Assembly (NCBI GenBank): GCA_951406725.2
Contig: OX597818.1
Span: 72,044,001-72,108,000, forward strand
Source of the DNA: Octopus vulgaris
Taxonomy: Eukaryota
Direction of reading: 5' to 3'
Length of the DNA: 64,000 nucleotides
The position numbers and the translations under genes were made by a program. Within the stretch, counting starts at the first letter, position 1. Every line of letters begins with the position of its first letter. Below, one piece after another: positions 1 to 12,097 of this stretch. The notes under the pieces are model-generated. The model was not told the origin of the DNA, ran no database searches, and saw only the letters and a program-made list of their open reading frames with translations.

Positions 1-152
1 GACGAAAGATTTCCGGACATGACTTAGAAAGTGAACAGTAATAAACGAGTGAAGAACGAATATATAGTGCATGTATTTATTTGGCAACAACAACAACAAC
101 AAAAAGATCATCCCGAAATACAACAATATATATACACACATTTATATGTATA

Positions 153-185
<33 letters not shown>

Positions 186-227
186 GTTTGTGTGTGTGTA
201 TGTGTGTGTATACACACACATACATGC

Positions 228-274
<47 letters not shown>

Positions 275-277
<3 letters not shown>

Positions 278-1574
278 GGGTTGGACAAAATAATGGAGAC
301 ACCTTAAAATTTCAAACAAATTTATTTTAATAATGGAGTAGGACTACCTTTGGCAGTAATTACAGCTTGAATTCTACGAGCTATGGACTCTTACAAAGTT
401 TGAATTGTTTCGAAAGGAATTTTTGTCCATTCTTCAGCTAAAACAGTCTGCAGTTCTTCCAGTGATGATTGTGCAGGATATCGACTCTTTAGTTGTTCTT
501 CTGAAATGTTCAAAAATATTGAGATCGGGGGAGTGTGGTGGCCAGATAAGACGTTCAACTTCACTAGAATGTTCCTTGTGCCATTCAGTAAGAACTTTAG
601 CAGTGTGAATTGGTGCGTTATCATCCTGAAAGATTGCGTTTCCCGCCGGAAACAGTTCCACAACCATAGGATGAATTTGATCAGATAAAATGATCAGATG
701 AAATAGTCTTGATCAAATTAAATATTTGATCAGATTAAATAGTCTTGTCTATTAATTCTGCATTGAAAGGAAACCATTAGGCCGGTGGATTTCAGAGATA
801 TAGTCCCCCACCCACCAGATCATCACAGATCTTTTTCCATGTTTAACAGTTGGAAGAAGGCAGTCTTAGTCAAATGCTTCTTTTGGCTGTCTCCACACGT
901 ATACTCGGTCGGTGGTCGGAAATAAGGTAAAGGATGATTCATTCGAGAAAATAACATTCTTTCACTGCTCTAGGGACCAATTCTGTAGTTTTTTTTTACT
1001 CCACTCTAAACGCTTTGCAACGTTTGTTTTTGAAAGTAGCGGTTTTCTGGCTGAAGCCCTCCCGTGAAATCCGGCTTTGTGCAGCTCCTGGCGAACAGTT
1101 TTTGTGGAAACTGGGTTCTCGAGTTGGTCATTAAGCTCTGCAGTAATTTTGCGAGCTGTACTTTTGTGATCCTTTCTAACAATTCCCGTAAGAGTCCGAC
1201 GGTCCCTATCTCAAAGCTTTGGTCTTCTTCCGGAGTTTTACTTAGACGAAGAGGTTTTTTCAAAGGCTGTCATTACTTTTATAATAGTACTTCTTGATAC
1301 ATCATACATTTCGGCTGTTTTTATTACTCTAGCGCCTGCCATACGAGCACCAACAATTTGACCTCTTTGAAGTTCTGGTAGATCTGTCATTTTAATGAAT
1401 TTTAATTACCTTTTTCTGATGATATCTAAAAAGAATCAGCAATTTTAGAAAATATATTAAGCAACACTAATAATAACTAAAAAAACATAGAAATAAGCAT
1501 GCTTTTGACGGTTTTATAGATATTTCAAAATTATGATGCTATGACACCAGGTGTTTCCATTATTTTGTCCAACC

Positions 1575-1578
<4 letters not shown>
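275..1578 (-). mobile_element. Full-length but defective Tc1-like DNA transposon with DD36E catalytic spacing
   Basis: 29-bp TIRs CAGGGGTTGGACAAAATAATGGAGACACC (275-303) and the inverse at 1550-1578 (2 mismatches), with TA on both sides. Frameshifted minus-strand transposase pieces include FQDDNAPIHTAK...WPPHSPDLNIFE (ORF 434-667). Confidence 0.93.
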
Positions 1579-1611
<33 letters not shown>

Positions 1612-1622
1612 ATACAATAATA

Positions 1623-2060
1623 ATTCTTTCTACAGTAGCCATAAGGCCTGGAGTTTAGGGGAGCGGTATAGTCGATTACATCGACCCCAGTGTTTCATTG
1701 GTACTTAATCGACCCCGAAAGATAAAAGCCAAAGTCCATCTCAGCGAAATTTGATCTCAGAATGTAGCAACGGGCGAAATACCGCTAAGCATTTCGTCCA
1801 GTGTGCTAACGATTCTGCCAGTTCGCAGCCTTTGATTTCAATATAATAATAATGATCCTTTCTACCGTAAGCACAAGGCCTGAGATGTTGGGAAAGGGAT
1901 TAAATCGACTACATCGACCCCAGTGTGTAACTGGTACTTATTTAATTGACCCCGAAAGGATGAAAGGCAAAGTCGACCTAGGTGGAATTTGAACTCAGAA
2001 CGCAAAGATGGAAGAAATGCTGCTAAGTGTTTTGACCGGCGTGCTAACGATTCTGCCATC
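1623..2060 (-). mobile_element. Two tandem copies of a tRNA-derived SINE (GCCTTTCATCCTTTCGGGGTCGAT core, family A)
   Basis: Reverse complement has an A-box-like TGGCAGAATCGTTAGCA, a B-box-like GAGTTCAAATTCC and the shared core. The same family recurs many times in the window. Confidence 0.85.
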
Positions 2061-2064
2061 TAAT

Positions 2065-2620
2065 TGGCTCGTCTATTCCAGGGGGCTTTCTGGTCAGAGA
2101 GCACTATGGATAATTTCTAGATGTCCTTAGCATGGCAGTGCTACCGAGAGGCGCTTCCTGTTCGGGATAAACTGTACTGGGACATATGTGCTGTAAGACG
2201 GGCTTGTCCGAGGTGTGCACTGCGCGATGAAATTATTCGGTACATACTCGGTCAGTGTCCAGGCATTGCTGACCTGTGGGGTCATGTAGAACAGCTGCTG
2301 TCGTGTGTGAGACGGATTCATCTATCAGCAGAGTCCATAGCACCCCATCTGTCGGTCGACTCCATAATGCCCCACCGATTTCCTTTAATCAGGCAGGTAA
2401 GGCAGTTTCCTTTTTCCTGGTGGCGGTGGCAAAAGAGGTTGTCTGGTGGACGAGGATGAAAGGTATGATGACAGAGACTTTTCTCTTTGGTAGAGCCCTC
2501 ATCGACTTTTTCAAGTATGTCTTGAAAAGGAAAGTGGGGATGGAGGGGAGGTGCTGTTATCAAGTGAATTTATTGAGAAGTGGATGAACGTTGCGAAAAT
2601 AGCGAGAGTGGATGGTACTG
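2065..2620 (+). mobile_element. Degraded 3' fragment of a Tx1/L1-clade LINE ORF2 (zinc-finger region)
   Basis: SLAWQCYREALPVRDKLY...CPRC...QCP resembles the zf-RVT C-terminus of Tx1/L1 ORF2. The 3' part is homologous to 3660-3880. Confidence 0.7.
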
Positions 2621-2624
2621 GTCA

Positions 2625-3660
2625 GTAGCAAAATATTTTCATGTAATACAACACAGACATTTAAATGGATAGGTTTTTTTCTAAGGAGCTGGGCAGTACA
2701 TGTCAGAATAAGCTTTGAATTTCTCTGAGACATGGCTCTCCTGGGATGTTACCTAGATGTTTCTGACAACCCTTTTTTTTCATCATACTTAGAGCACCGA
2801 CAATAACAGGAACAGTTCTCGCTTTAAGATGCCACATCTTTTGTATTTCAACTTCTAGGTCCTTATATTTACTTAATCTGTCAAATTCCTTTGCAAATAC
2901 ATTTTTATCAGTGGGGACAATTACATCTATTGGTGTACACGTATTTTCTTTCCTGTCTTTAATAATTATGTCTGGTTGATTAGCCGGGATCGATCTGTCA
3001 GTGTTGACTGGAAAATCCCAGAGGATTGTGACATCTTTACCGTCAACGACTGGCTCAGAATGATGTTCATATCAGTAAGCGGGAGTGCTGATTTTGTAGT
3101 GTTTACATATTTTCTAATGTAAATAGTGTTCTACCCTATCGTGGCGATTGTTGTATTCCTTTGGGGTAAGCACTGGACATCCCGAGATGGTCTATTGTTC
3201 CGTCAAATGTGTCGCAGAATCTGCGTTTAAGGTTATAACCATTTTGAAAAAAGTTAGCCAGGTAGTTTTTGGTAAGCGAGCTTTGTTCTTGTGCCGCTAA
3301 TATGAAACCTTCAGACTCTGCTTTCAGTCCTGAACTTCTCAGCAGCTGAAGGGTTGTTAGTATATACTGTCCATGCAGAGGCTTCTGGCTCCACCGTTCT
3401 TCAATTTCTTTCTGCCCGTTCTTTTTTGTAGTCTGCTTGATCAGTTTTGCTTGTTTGATGGCAGTGGTTTCAGTTTGTTCATCTAATTCAGGGTTAATGC
3501 GAATATGCAAGCTTCCTTGACAATAGAATGTGATCTTTTTGCAGTTTTAGTGTTTGCACATAAACCACAGCATCCAGTCGTCTGTACTAGATAAGTACCT
3601 ATTCATTGCTATTGTGGAAGTCTGATAGCATAGTTCAGCCTACATCATTCCTCTTCCACC
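2625..3660 (-). mobile_element. R4/Dong-like non-LTR retrotransposon 3' half (CCHC finger plus restriction-like endonuclease), degraded
   Basis: Minus-strand motifs GGRGM, KPLHGQY, LKAESEGFILAAQEQ, RHDRV, ILWDFPVNTD..ANQPDIII, KYKDLEVEIQKMW and VPVIVGAL. Confidence 0.85.
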
Positions 3661-4050
3661 ATGGCGAAAGAGGTTGTGTGGTAGACAGGACTGTAAGGGA
3701 TGACGACGGATACTTTCCTCTCTGACGAATTTCTGATCAACTTTTTCGAGTTCAACTTGAAAAGGCGGATCAGTGTGGAGAGAGAGGTGATTCTGCTCAT
3801 CAAATTTATTGAAAGGTGAACGAGAGTGGCGGGCATAGTTCGTGCGAACGGGTCTGCTCTGAGCATGCAATTCTAAGTGGAGAAAAAGAGAGATTTTCTG
3901 TGGGGTTTGCACACTTTTCCATTGGAAGTCTCCCCCTATTGGGGAACTTTGTTATTGTTTTATATGTTTACTCGGTAAACCCCTACGTTTGTGCCTTTGT
4001 ATTTGCGTCCCTGTGTTCTATGTAGGTCCATGTGGCCAATAAAGAATACA
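3660..4050 (+). mobile_element. Extreme 3' end of a Tx1/L1-clade LINE
   Basis: Homologous to 2420-2620 (AKEVVW... motif), followed by a stop, a 3' UTR and AATAAA at about 4038. Confidence 0.65.
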
Positions 4051-4075
4051 TTGTTATTATTTTTATTATTATTAT

Positions 4076-4248
4076 GAAGGCGGCGAGGTAGGAGAAACGT
4101 TAGCAGACTGGACGAAATGCTTAGTGGTATTTCGCCCATCGCTTCGTTCTGAGTTCAAATTTCGCTGAGATCGACTTTGTCTTTCCTCCTTCCGAGATCG
4201 AAGACTGGGTTCGATTCAATCGACTCATCCCCTCCCTCAAAATTTCTG
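4076..4248 (+). mobile_element. SINE family A copy, internally deleted
   Basis: GGCGGCGAGGTAGGAGAAACGTTAGCA...GTTCTGAGTTCAAATTTCG...GACTTTG matches the other family A copies. Confidence 0.75.
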
Positions 4249-4493
4249 GTCTTCTTCTTCTTCTTCTTCTTCTTCTTCTTCTTCTTCTTCTTCTTCTTCT
4301 TCTTCTTCTTCTTCTTCTTCTTCTTCTTCTTCTTCTTCTTCTTCTTCTTCTTCTTCTTCTTCTTCTTCTTCTTCTTCTTCTTCTTCTTCTTCTTCGTCGT
4401 CGTCGTCTTCTTCTTCTTCTTCTTCTTCTTCTTCTTCTTCTTCTTCTTCTTCTTCTTCTTCTTCTTCTTCTTCTTCTTCTTCTTCTTCTTCTT
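4249..4493. repeat. (TTC)n microsatellite with a short (GTC)n interruption
   Basis: Directly visible; it explains the poly-F and poly-E ORFs. Confidence 0.98.
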
Positions 4494-4559
4494 TCACTGT
4501 ACTATCAATTATTATCATTTCACTGTACTACTGCGCGCAGCTCTGCGTGGTTTGTTGTG

Positions 4560-6770
4560 ATGCTTTTATTTTCACTGTATTGAATGTGTGGGGTGCCTCA
4601 TTTTCTGTGACCTTTTCTGGCGTGTGCCTATACCATCTTTTTTCTGTTGTTATTCCGTAGTGTTAGCATAGCTTCCAGTGTATATAGGTCCCAAATATAT
4701 CCCTTCTTAGCCAGGTTTGGGTAGCCAGAGACAAAATGATTTATCTTCTCCATCTCCATATTCTGCAGCTATTTTATTTCTTTTCACGACAAGCTTTTGG
4801 TAAGTTCTATTGGGAAGGCTTTGATCTTGTGCAGCAATTAAAAATTCTTCGTCTCTTCTTTGAGTCCTGAGCTTCTCAGCCATGGTTGAGATTTTATTTT
4901 GTTTATTTCTTCTCTGTTTAGTTTAACGCTGTATTTGTCATGCAGGGGCTTTTCTTGCCATCGTTTTATTATTTTTGTTGCTGTCCCAGTTTAAGTTTAA
5001 ATTTCAGTTGTTTTACAGCTTTCGTCGTTTCTTTTTCTTCATAGTTGTTAGGTATTATGACTTCTTTTTTGTATTTGTCAGCTTCCTTAAAGACTGAAAA
5101 CAGTTTTTTTCTTTTGTTCTTGTTTTAGGGTTATTCATATTAGTTTTCCTTGCTTCTGAAATAGGTATTTTTGTAGTCCTATTTATAGTAATAGTTTTCT
5201 AGCCGAATAAGGCCGCTATCACCTTCTATATGTTGTATATATAACATTTGCATGTCATATTTTGGGTGGTGCATCCTAAATCCTGTCACTGTTTTTCTTG
5301 TTTTCCTGTCTAATTTGATTAGTTTATTTAGAGTCCAGTTAAGAATATTGTAGGTATAACTTATAATTGGGACAGCTAGAGTGTTGATACATATTGTCTT
5401 GTTTTTCGCATTGACTTCTGTTTTCAGTATTAATCTAACTCGTCGATAATTTTCTTTTCTTATCTTCCCTGTATGTTTTTTATCGTAACTAATTCGTTGA
5501 TTCCTAAATATTTGTATGTCTGGCTTTGGTTTAATTCGTTATTTCATTTGCTTTATCTTGTGTGATGTTGCCACTCTTAACTAGTTTTCTTCTTTTTAAG
5601 ATTGCTCTGGCACATTTTTCTAAGCCAAATTTCATGTTTATTTCTTTGTACTGTCTGTAGTAACGTTTCCAGCTGTTTATCAATTGTAGCTTACAGTTTT
5701 AGATCATTCATATATAACTGTTTTTCCGTAATAGTTGTATCCGCATGCAGTTCTGTTTAGCATGTCAGATACAGGTATCAGTGCCAAGCAGAAAAGGAGT
5801 GGAGAGAGCGTGTCTCCCTGGAGCATTTCTTTTCTAATGGGGATAGCTTTGGTTTTTTTAAGTCCTTCTTTTGTCTGGAGAAGTGGCACTGTCTGTCATT
5901 TATTTATGGAACCTTGTATATATTTTATGATTATTGGTGCTACCTTGTTCATGGCTAGTGTTTCTAGGATCCATGCTCTCAAAAGCCTTTCGGTAATTGA
6001 TCCAGTCCATACATAGACCTTTCTTGTTTCTGCGGCTGTCTTCAGTTTTGGCTTTATTGATCAGCCGTATGAGCCCTTGAAGCATCCCTTCTGCTCTTCT
6101 GGAAACAGGTTATTTTCTTCCAGATGCTTGCTCAATCTCTGCGATATTATTGCAGCAAAGGCTTTGTAAATTGTTGGGAGACAAGTTATCGGTCAATAAT
6201 TTTGTGGGTTTGCCGTTTCAGTGGATTTGGGAATTAGGATAGTTTTCCCTTCCGTGAGCTATTCAGGCATTTTCTCTGCCTCTGCTAGTATTTCATTAAA
6301 CTTCTCTGTGTTAGTTTTAATAGATCTTTTCTGAGGTTGTTCCTCCGCCGACCATATTTCTTACCAAAATTCTCCCACTTCTTTTGCTGTTGGTGCTGCA
6401 TAGATCTCTATTTTATTTTTGCCAAGTTCTTAGTAAAATCTTTTGGGGTTGGAGTTGAACTGTTTGTTTTTGTTCAAAGAAACGTTGGCATGTCTCATAC
6501 CGGTGGATCCTTTGTGCTTTGGCGAAGATATCTTACTTTAGCTGTTCCTTTATTTCAGGTATACCGTGTTCAGTAATTTTGTATTTATATAGTATTTTTC
6601 TTATCTTTTTGTTGCTTAGTAGTGTTGATTGTCTACAAATTTCAATAAGGATTGAGAGATTTTTTGTTTTATTCTCTATTTTTTTTAATATTATTTATCC
6701 ACAGGGTTTGTTTGGGTGGTAATGCTCCTGTTTAGATGGGTTTTAATGGGTATCCAGCTTCTTTTGTGGC
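4560..6770 (-). mobile_element. R4/Dong-like non-LTR retrotransposon, RT to zinc-finger region, heavily degraded
   Basis: Minus-strand RT motifs NY.PITCLPTIYK, WINYRKAF and QGDTLSPLLFCLALIP, plus downstream LIAAQDQ and YIHWKLC motifs, with many stops and frameshifts. Confidence 0.85.
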
Positions 6771-6929
6771 CACAGATACAAGAATACTTTCACACATACC
6801 CATTCACAGATACAAGAATACACTCACACATACCCATTCACTCACACACACACACGAACACATGTACTATCTCACCCACTCAAATGTACATACACACTCT
6901 CATTAACGCTCATATAATCTCAAACATTA

Positions 6930-7168
<239 letters not shown>

Positions 7169-7687
7169 GCGCGTATATATTGGCTGCGTACCTCTGTACG
7201 TGCAAGGTTTTCATCACTCACTATTCACACAACACACACATATGCTTGCTTGCATACACTACATCATTAAACACCAACTGCATCTTTCTCACCAGCCTGA
7301 CGTTCCTACAAAGGTCACTGACACTGCATCCCTGATTCCACAATCCTGTTAATTAAATCACGAACCACGCACACACACACACAATCGCGCTCATATACTA
7401 CCTAGTCACATATACACACCACACAGTTACATGCATTTTCACATGCATTCACAGATACAAGAATACATCCATACACTCATGCATACCCATTCACTCACAC
7501 ACTCACGGACATCTGTACTGGTTCACTCACTCACATGTACATACACACTCACTAACGATCATATACTCTCATACACTCTCATACACTCTTAAAGTTACAC
7601 ACGTACACGCACATGCATTGGGACACACGAACTCATTAACACACACAATCTTATTGTCTCGCAATCCCACACATTTAAGCATTCTCT

Positions 7688-7724
<37 letters not shown>

Positions 7725-8688
7725 ACACACTCAGGCATACACGCACGCACACACACACCACACACACGCACACACACACATCACAATTTATTTCTGTTAA
7801 TTCTTTCAAATACTCTCCCTTCGAACATCACCAACGGTCTCAAGCTCAACCTGAATAAGAAACACACCAACATGGGAGAGTATCCCTCTCTAGTAAACAG
7901 ACGTATACATAATGGAAAGAGAAAGGGCAGAACCGATTTAGCCTGACATTAGAACCACAATGTTACTTATTCCATCTAAATAGAGTGGAACCAATGGAAT
8001 TTGAACCAAGAATATATAAAAAAAACACATCGCTTAATAGAACAAAATGTTATTTCTCTGGCGATATGTCATCAATGGGTCCCCCTTGCTTTTCCACTTC
8101 TCTCAAACTAAATAATAAAAATAATGATGATGATTTATAATAACAATAACGATGATATATGGTCTTTGTTTCTTTTACAAGCCAACAATCAATCAATCTA
8201 TCTATCTAGCCTCATAACTTTCTGAAGACGAAGTTAAAATCATAACGTTAATAGCGCTTTTATTATCTTTTTCAATTGGCGGTAAACTAATAATTGCACA
8301 AAAAGGACTCAGTAACGACAAACTAATAACACCACTTTTTCGTCACTTAGTCTTTTTTGATGAACACGATCGTCGGAAATGTTCAGCCTCTACCTTTCTC
8401 TCTCTTTGTACCTGTGTATGTATGTATGTATGTATGTATGTATGTATGTATGTATGTATGTATGTATGTATGTATGTATGTATGTATGTATGTATGTATG
8501 TATGTATGTATGTATGTCTCTTCTATTTTTAATTATTATAGAAGAGACATACCTTATGTATGTACGTATATATGTATGTTTGTATGTATGCATGTAAATA
8601 TCTTTGTACATACGTATGTGCATACACGCACACATATATATGCTTATACATATGTATATATGATTGGACATATGTATGTTTATATATA

Positions 8689-8735
<47 letters not shown>

Positions 8736-8771
8736 CATTATATATATTACATATAACGTATATAACTAGTA

Positions 8772-8852
<81 letters not shown>

Positions 8853-9034
8853 ATCTATCTATCTATCTATCTATTTATCTATCTATTATAAATGATTGAT
8901 AGCGCCTGGTAAACATAAGTGGTGAACGTGCTCTCAAGGCACACTACTAGGGGCATACTCAAAACAATGTTTTGATACTACACTTTAAAGTCTCCTATGT
9001 AAACTTTAACTTTAAATATAATATAATATAATAA

Positions 9035-9079
<45 letters not shown>

Positions 9080-9080
<1 letters not shown>

Positions 9081-9665
9081 ACACATATATATTTCCCTCT
9101 CTTGTTCTTCATCCTTTCTGGTTTTCTCTCCCACCCATCCCTATTCTTCTCTGCTCCTCTTCACCGTTTCCTCTCTCTCACTATTCCTCCTTGACTCTCT
9201 TGTCGCTGACATGTGACGAAAGGGAATCTATCTTTCTGCCAATTTCCTTTCTAAAGACTACACCTGCTTATACCTGTCTCCTCTCATAAGGTCGTCCTCC
9301 TTGCGTTCATAATGATTTTTCTATCGTCTTGGCTTAATAGCCCTCACCGTTTGTTTTTATTGTCTTGTTCACTGCGTCCTGTTCTTATTACCACTTTCAC
9401 TCTCCGCAAAAAATCCCAAATTTTATTTAATTGGCTTTGCAGGAAAGATTATTTCAACGAAGTCGCGTATTGTCCTTGCCTTCGGAGTACGGAGTAGATG
9501 AAACAAGAACAACTGATGAAGTGGAATATTCTGTATGTTGCATGTCTCGTTTCTCTGTTTTTTTCGTTGTTCGAAAAAATTTTCGTTTTCTATATTTTTG
9601 TTTTTATGTTTTCGTTTCTCATTGTGTTCAACGTTTTTTTTTTTGATGTCCTGTACCCATAAATG
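9080..9665 (+). mobile_element. Non-coding dispersed repeat, probably a Penelope-like pseudo-LTR relic (family P1)
   Basis: 9440-9665 aligns by eye with 24940-25370 (minus) and 39830-40270. It contains CTGATGA and ends in ...GTCCTGTACCCA followed by (TA)n. Confidence 0.5.
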
Positions 9666-9698
9666 CATGTATATATACATATATCTATGTATTATTTG

Positions 9699-9738
<40 letters not shown>

Positions 9739-9769
9739 CAAATATGTATATATATATATGTGTGTGTGT

Positions 9770-10070
9770 GGAGGTACAATGGCCCAGTGGTTAGGGCAGC
9801 GGACTCGCGGTTGTAGGATCGCGGTTTCGATTCCCATACTGGACGTTGTGAGTGTTTATTGAGCGAAAACACCTAAAAGTTCTAGGAGGCTCCGGCAGGG
9901 GTGGTGGTGATCCCTGCTGTACTCTTTCACCACTCTTTCTCCCGCTCTGTCTTCTGTTGGCCTGCTCGCTTAGCCAGCGGGGTGGCGTCATTCGAAGGCT
10001 AAAACAATGCGAACGCATTGTGACCAGCGATGTGTAACAACATCTGATGGTCTGGTCGGTCACGTGATCA
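9770..10070 (+). mobile_element. tRNA-derived SINE family B, tail type 1
   Basis: A-box TGGCCCAGTGG and B-box GTTTCGATTCC. The first ~190 bp match 26383-26581 (minus). Confidence 0.85.
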
Positions 10071-10109
10071 CATATATAAAATATGTACTATATATTATTA
10101 CACATACAC

Positions 10110-10410
10110 GCACATTACAATGGACTCCTGTAGTTAGACGAGATGGAACAACGTTCCACAATTTGTTGCTGAACCACGCAGTTGATTCATTTATAGTTAT
10201 CGAATGCTTGTGTTTACATAAGCTCGCGCCTTCCTTCAGATCGATATTGTCTGTATTGGCGCACAAGTGTGCCACGCATCAGATGCCGAGATGTTCGCAG
10301 AGCGAAGTGAAATAAAGTGTTTTGCTCAAGAACTCAACGCGTCACGCATCCTCGTTTCAAGCGATCTAGCGATCGTGAGTGCAACATAGCCGCTAGGTCA
10401 GGTGCCTTCA
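10110..10410 (-). mobile_element. Degraded CORE-like SINE
   Basis: The reverse complement shows a tRNA-like head and TTCTTGAGCAAAACACTTTATTTCAC. A related copy lies at about 57355-57530 (+). Confidence 0.55.
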
Positions 10411-10420
10411 CACACATACA

Positions 10421-10459
<39 letters not shown>

Positions 10460-10469
10460 TAGTCTATAT

Positions 10470-11200
10470 CCAGAATTTGGACAAAATAATGGAATTACCA
10501 TTTTTCATTTAATTATAATTTCTATGACAAATTCAAAACAGTTCTAGTCTTTATGTGTGGTCATATGCATTATGTATAGATTATACTTCCGATATAACTG
10601 TCTGATATTTGAATATGTTAAAATATTAATACGTAATTTCTCTGATTCCCAAAGGTTACAGCTTGTTGGATCGTGGATTACTGAAACTTCAATCACTAAA
10701 ACTGAATTGTTAAATGTTTTGAGAATATCATGTTCGCATTCCAAAATCAAGATAAAACTAGCTCCAGCAAGCATAAATGCTGAACTTATGGAGAGGGAAC
10801 ACGGAATAGAGAAACGTATTTAGTCTAAAAGCCATGAAACTACAGCAACAAAAGTAACAACACCTCTATTCCACCACTTCGTCAACCCTGTATTAATCAG
10901 AACTGTTCTCTGTGAGATGTATAAACCTGGGTACAACGGGAAGGCTGCAATTGCTAAACCTCTTCTGACTCCTATCAACACAAATGAATGAAAAAAGAGT
11001 TAACTAGACTATCAGAATCGATCGAAGGTTCAAAGGAACAATGTCACTATTTACACGTTTTTCCCCACTTCGGCCGGACACAGACTTCAATGCTGATTGA
11101 CATCTGCCGTGAAAAATGAACAAGACTGTGAGATGAATTGGAGAACTATAGCATGGAATTGTCTTGTACTGTAGTTGCTCTGCATGGCAAAGTTAATACC
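10470..11200 (+). mobile_element. Old Tc1-like relic related to the 275-1578 family
   Basis: Starts with a TIR-like CAGAATTTGGACAAAATAATGGAA. Decayed transposase pieces (INAEL, ELY..GYNGKAAIAKPLL, LHGKVN) follow. Confidence 0.6.
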
Positions 11201-11414
11201 AAATATATATATATATATATATGCATGTATAGAGTCCGATTTGTGTCAAAATGTACCTCCTTGCGACAATGTAGCCTTTAATCTAATCAAGATATCCTTA
11301 GCCTGAAGAGTAACCAGCGGTATACACCTCGCTTGGTTTTTACCACTTCCGAGGTTCCACTCGCTATGGCACATATATAGCCCGGATTTTTGTACTCCAT
11401 TCCGTAACTCTTGT

Positions 11415-11880
11415 GTAAATATATATACATAATACAAAATGGGACAAGAACGCTAACATCCGGACAACTAGGTGATACAAAAAGGGACAACAAAACAACC
11501 AGATAGACGATACAAAGAAAACAAGGACGGGTCATTCAAAGTTTTCTATCTTCAGTCAAGAACCGGATTATCCTTGCAATTTCGGCTGATTATTCTTGAG
11601 ATTGCTCCAATCTGGCCAGCCCCAAGGAAAAACTAAACTAAGAGCACTAGATTCCTTGGAAGAAAGCATCGAATATATACAAAAACAAGGACGGAAAGAA
11701 CGGACGGAAAGAACAGACACTGTTACACAAATATAAATACAATAATAAATACAATAAAAATAATAAGAGGACATAGCAACAGGTGTCTTTCGACTAAGGA
11801 CGAATTGAATTAAGCTGGCGCATGTGGAAATGATGTCCTACGGCAGAGATACAAAAATTTCACAAACACAGGGAAGAATA
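11415..11880 (-). mobile_element. Non-coding dispersed repeat, probably Penelope-related (family P2)
   Basis: Homologous by eye to 49310-49960 (shared CTAAGAGCA..AGATT..TTGGAAGAAAGCA and GTGTCTTTCGACTAA blocks). It carries a CTGAAGA motif on the minus strand. Confidence 0.5.
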
Positions 11881-12097
11881 TATTGTTTTGACTCTTATTT
11901 CGGTGGCTATGAGTTGTTTGGACTCTCATTTCTAGCAATACTGGTGCTGACTAGTGCCCTTAGTTTATTTAGGGATGCCTATATTACTGCCTTTCGACTG
12001 TAAATTGCTAATGAACCGCCATTACTACACACATACCACACATACTCACACACATACATATTCATACATTTATACGTGCATATATGTGTATATCATA

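Noticed and set aside
9770-9845. tRNA-like sequence with A and B boxes (also at 26510-26581, 28249, 40385 and 62330)
   Set aside because: No complete cloverleaf or acceptor stem; each runs into a shared repeat body, so they are SINE heads.
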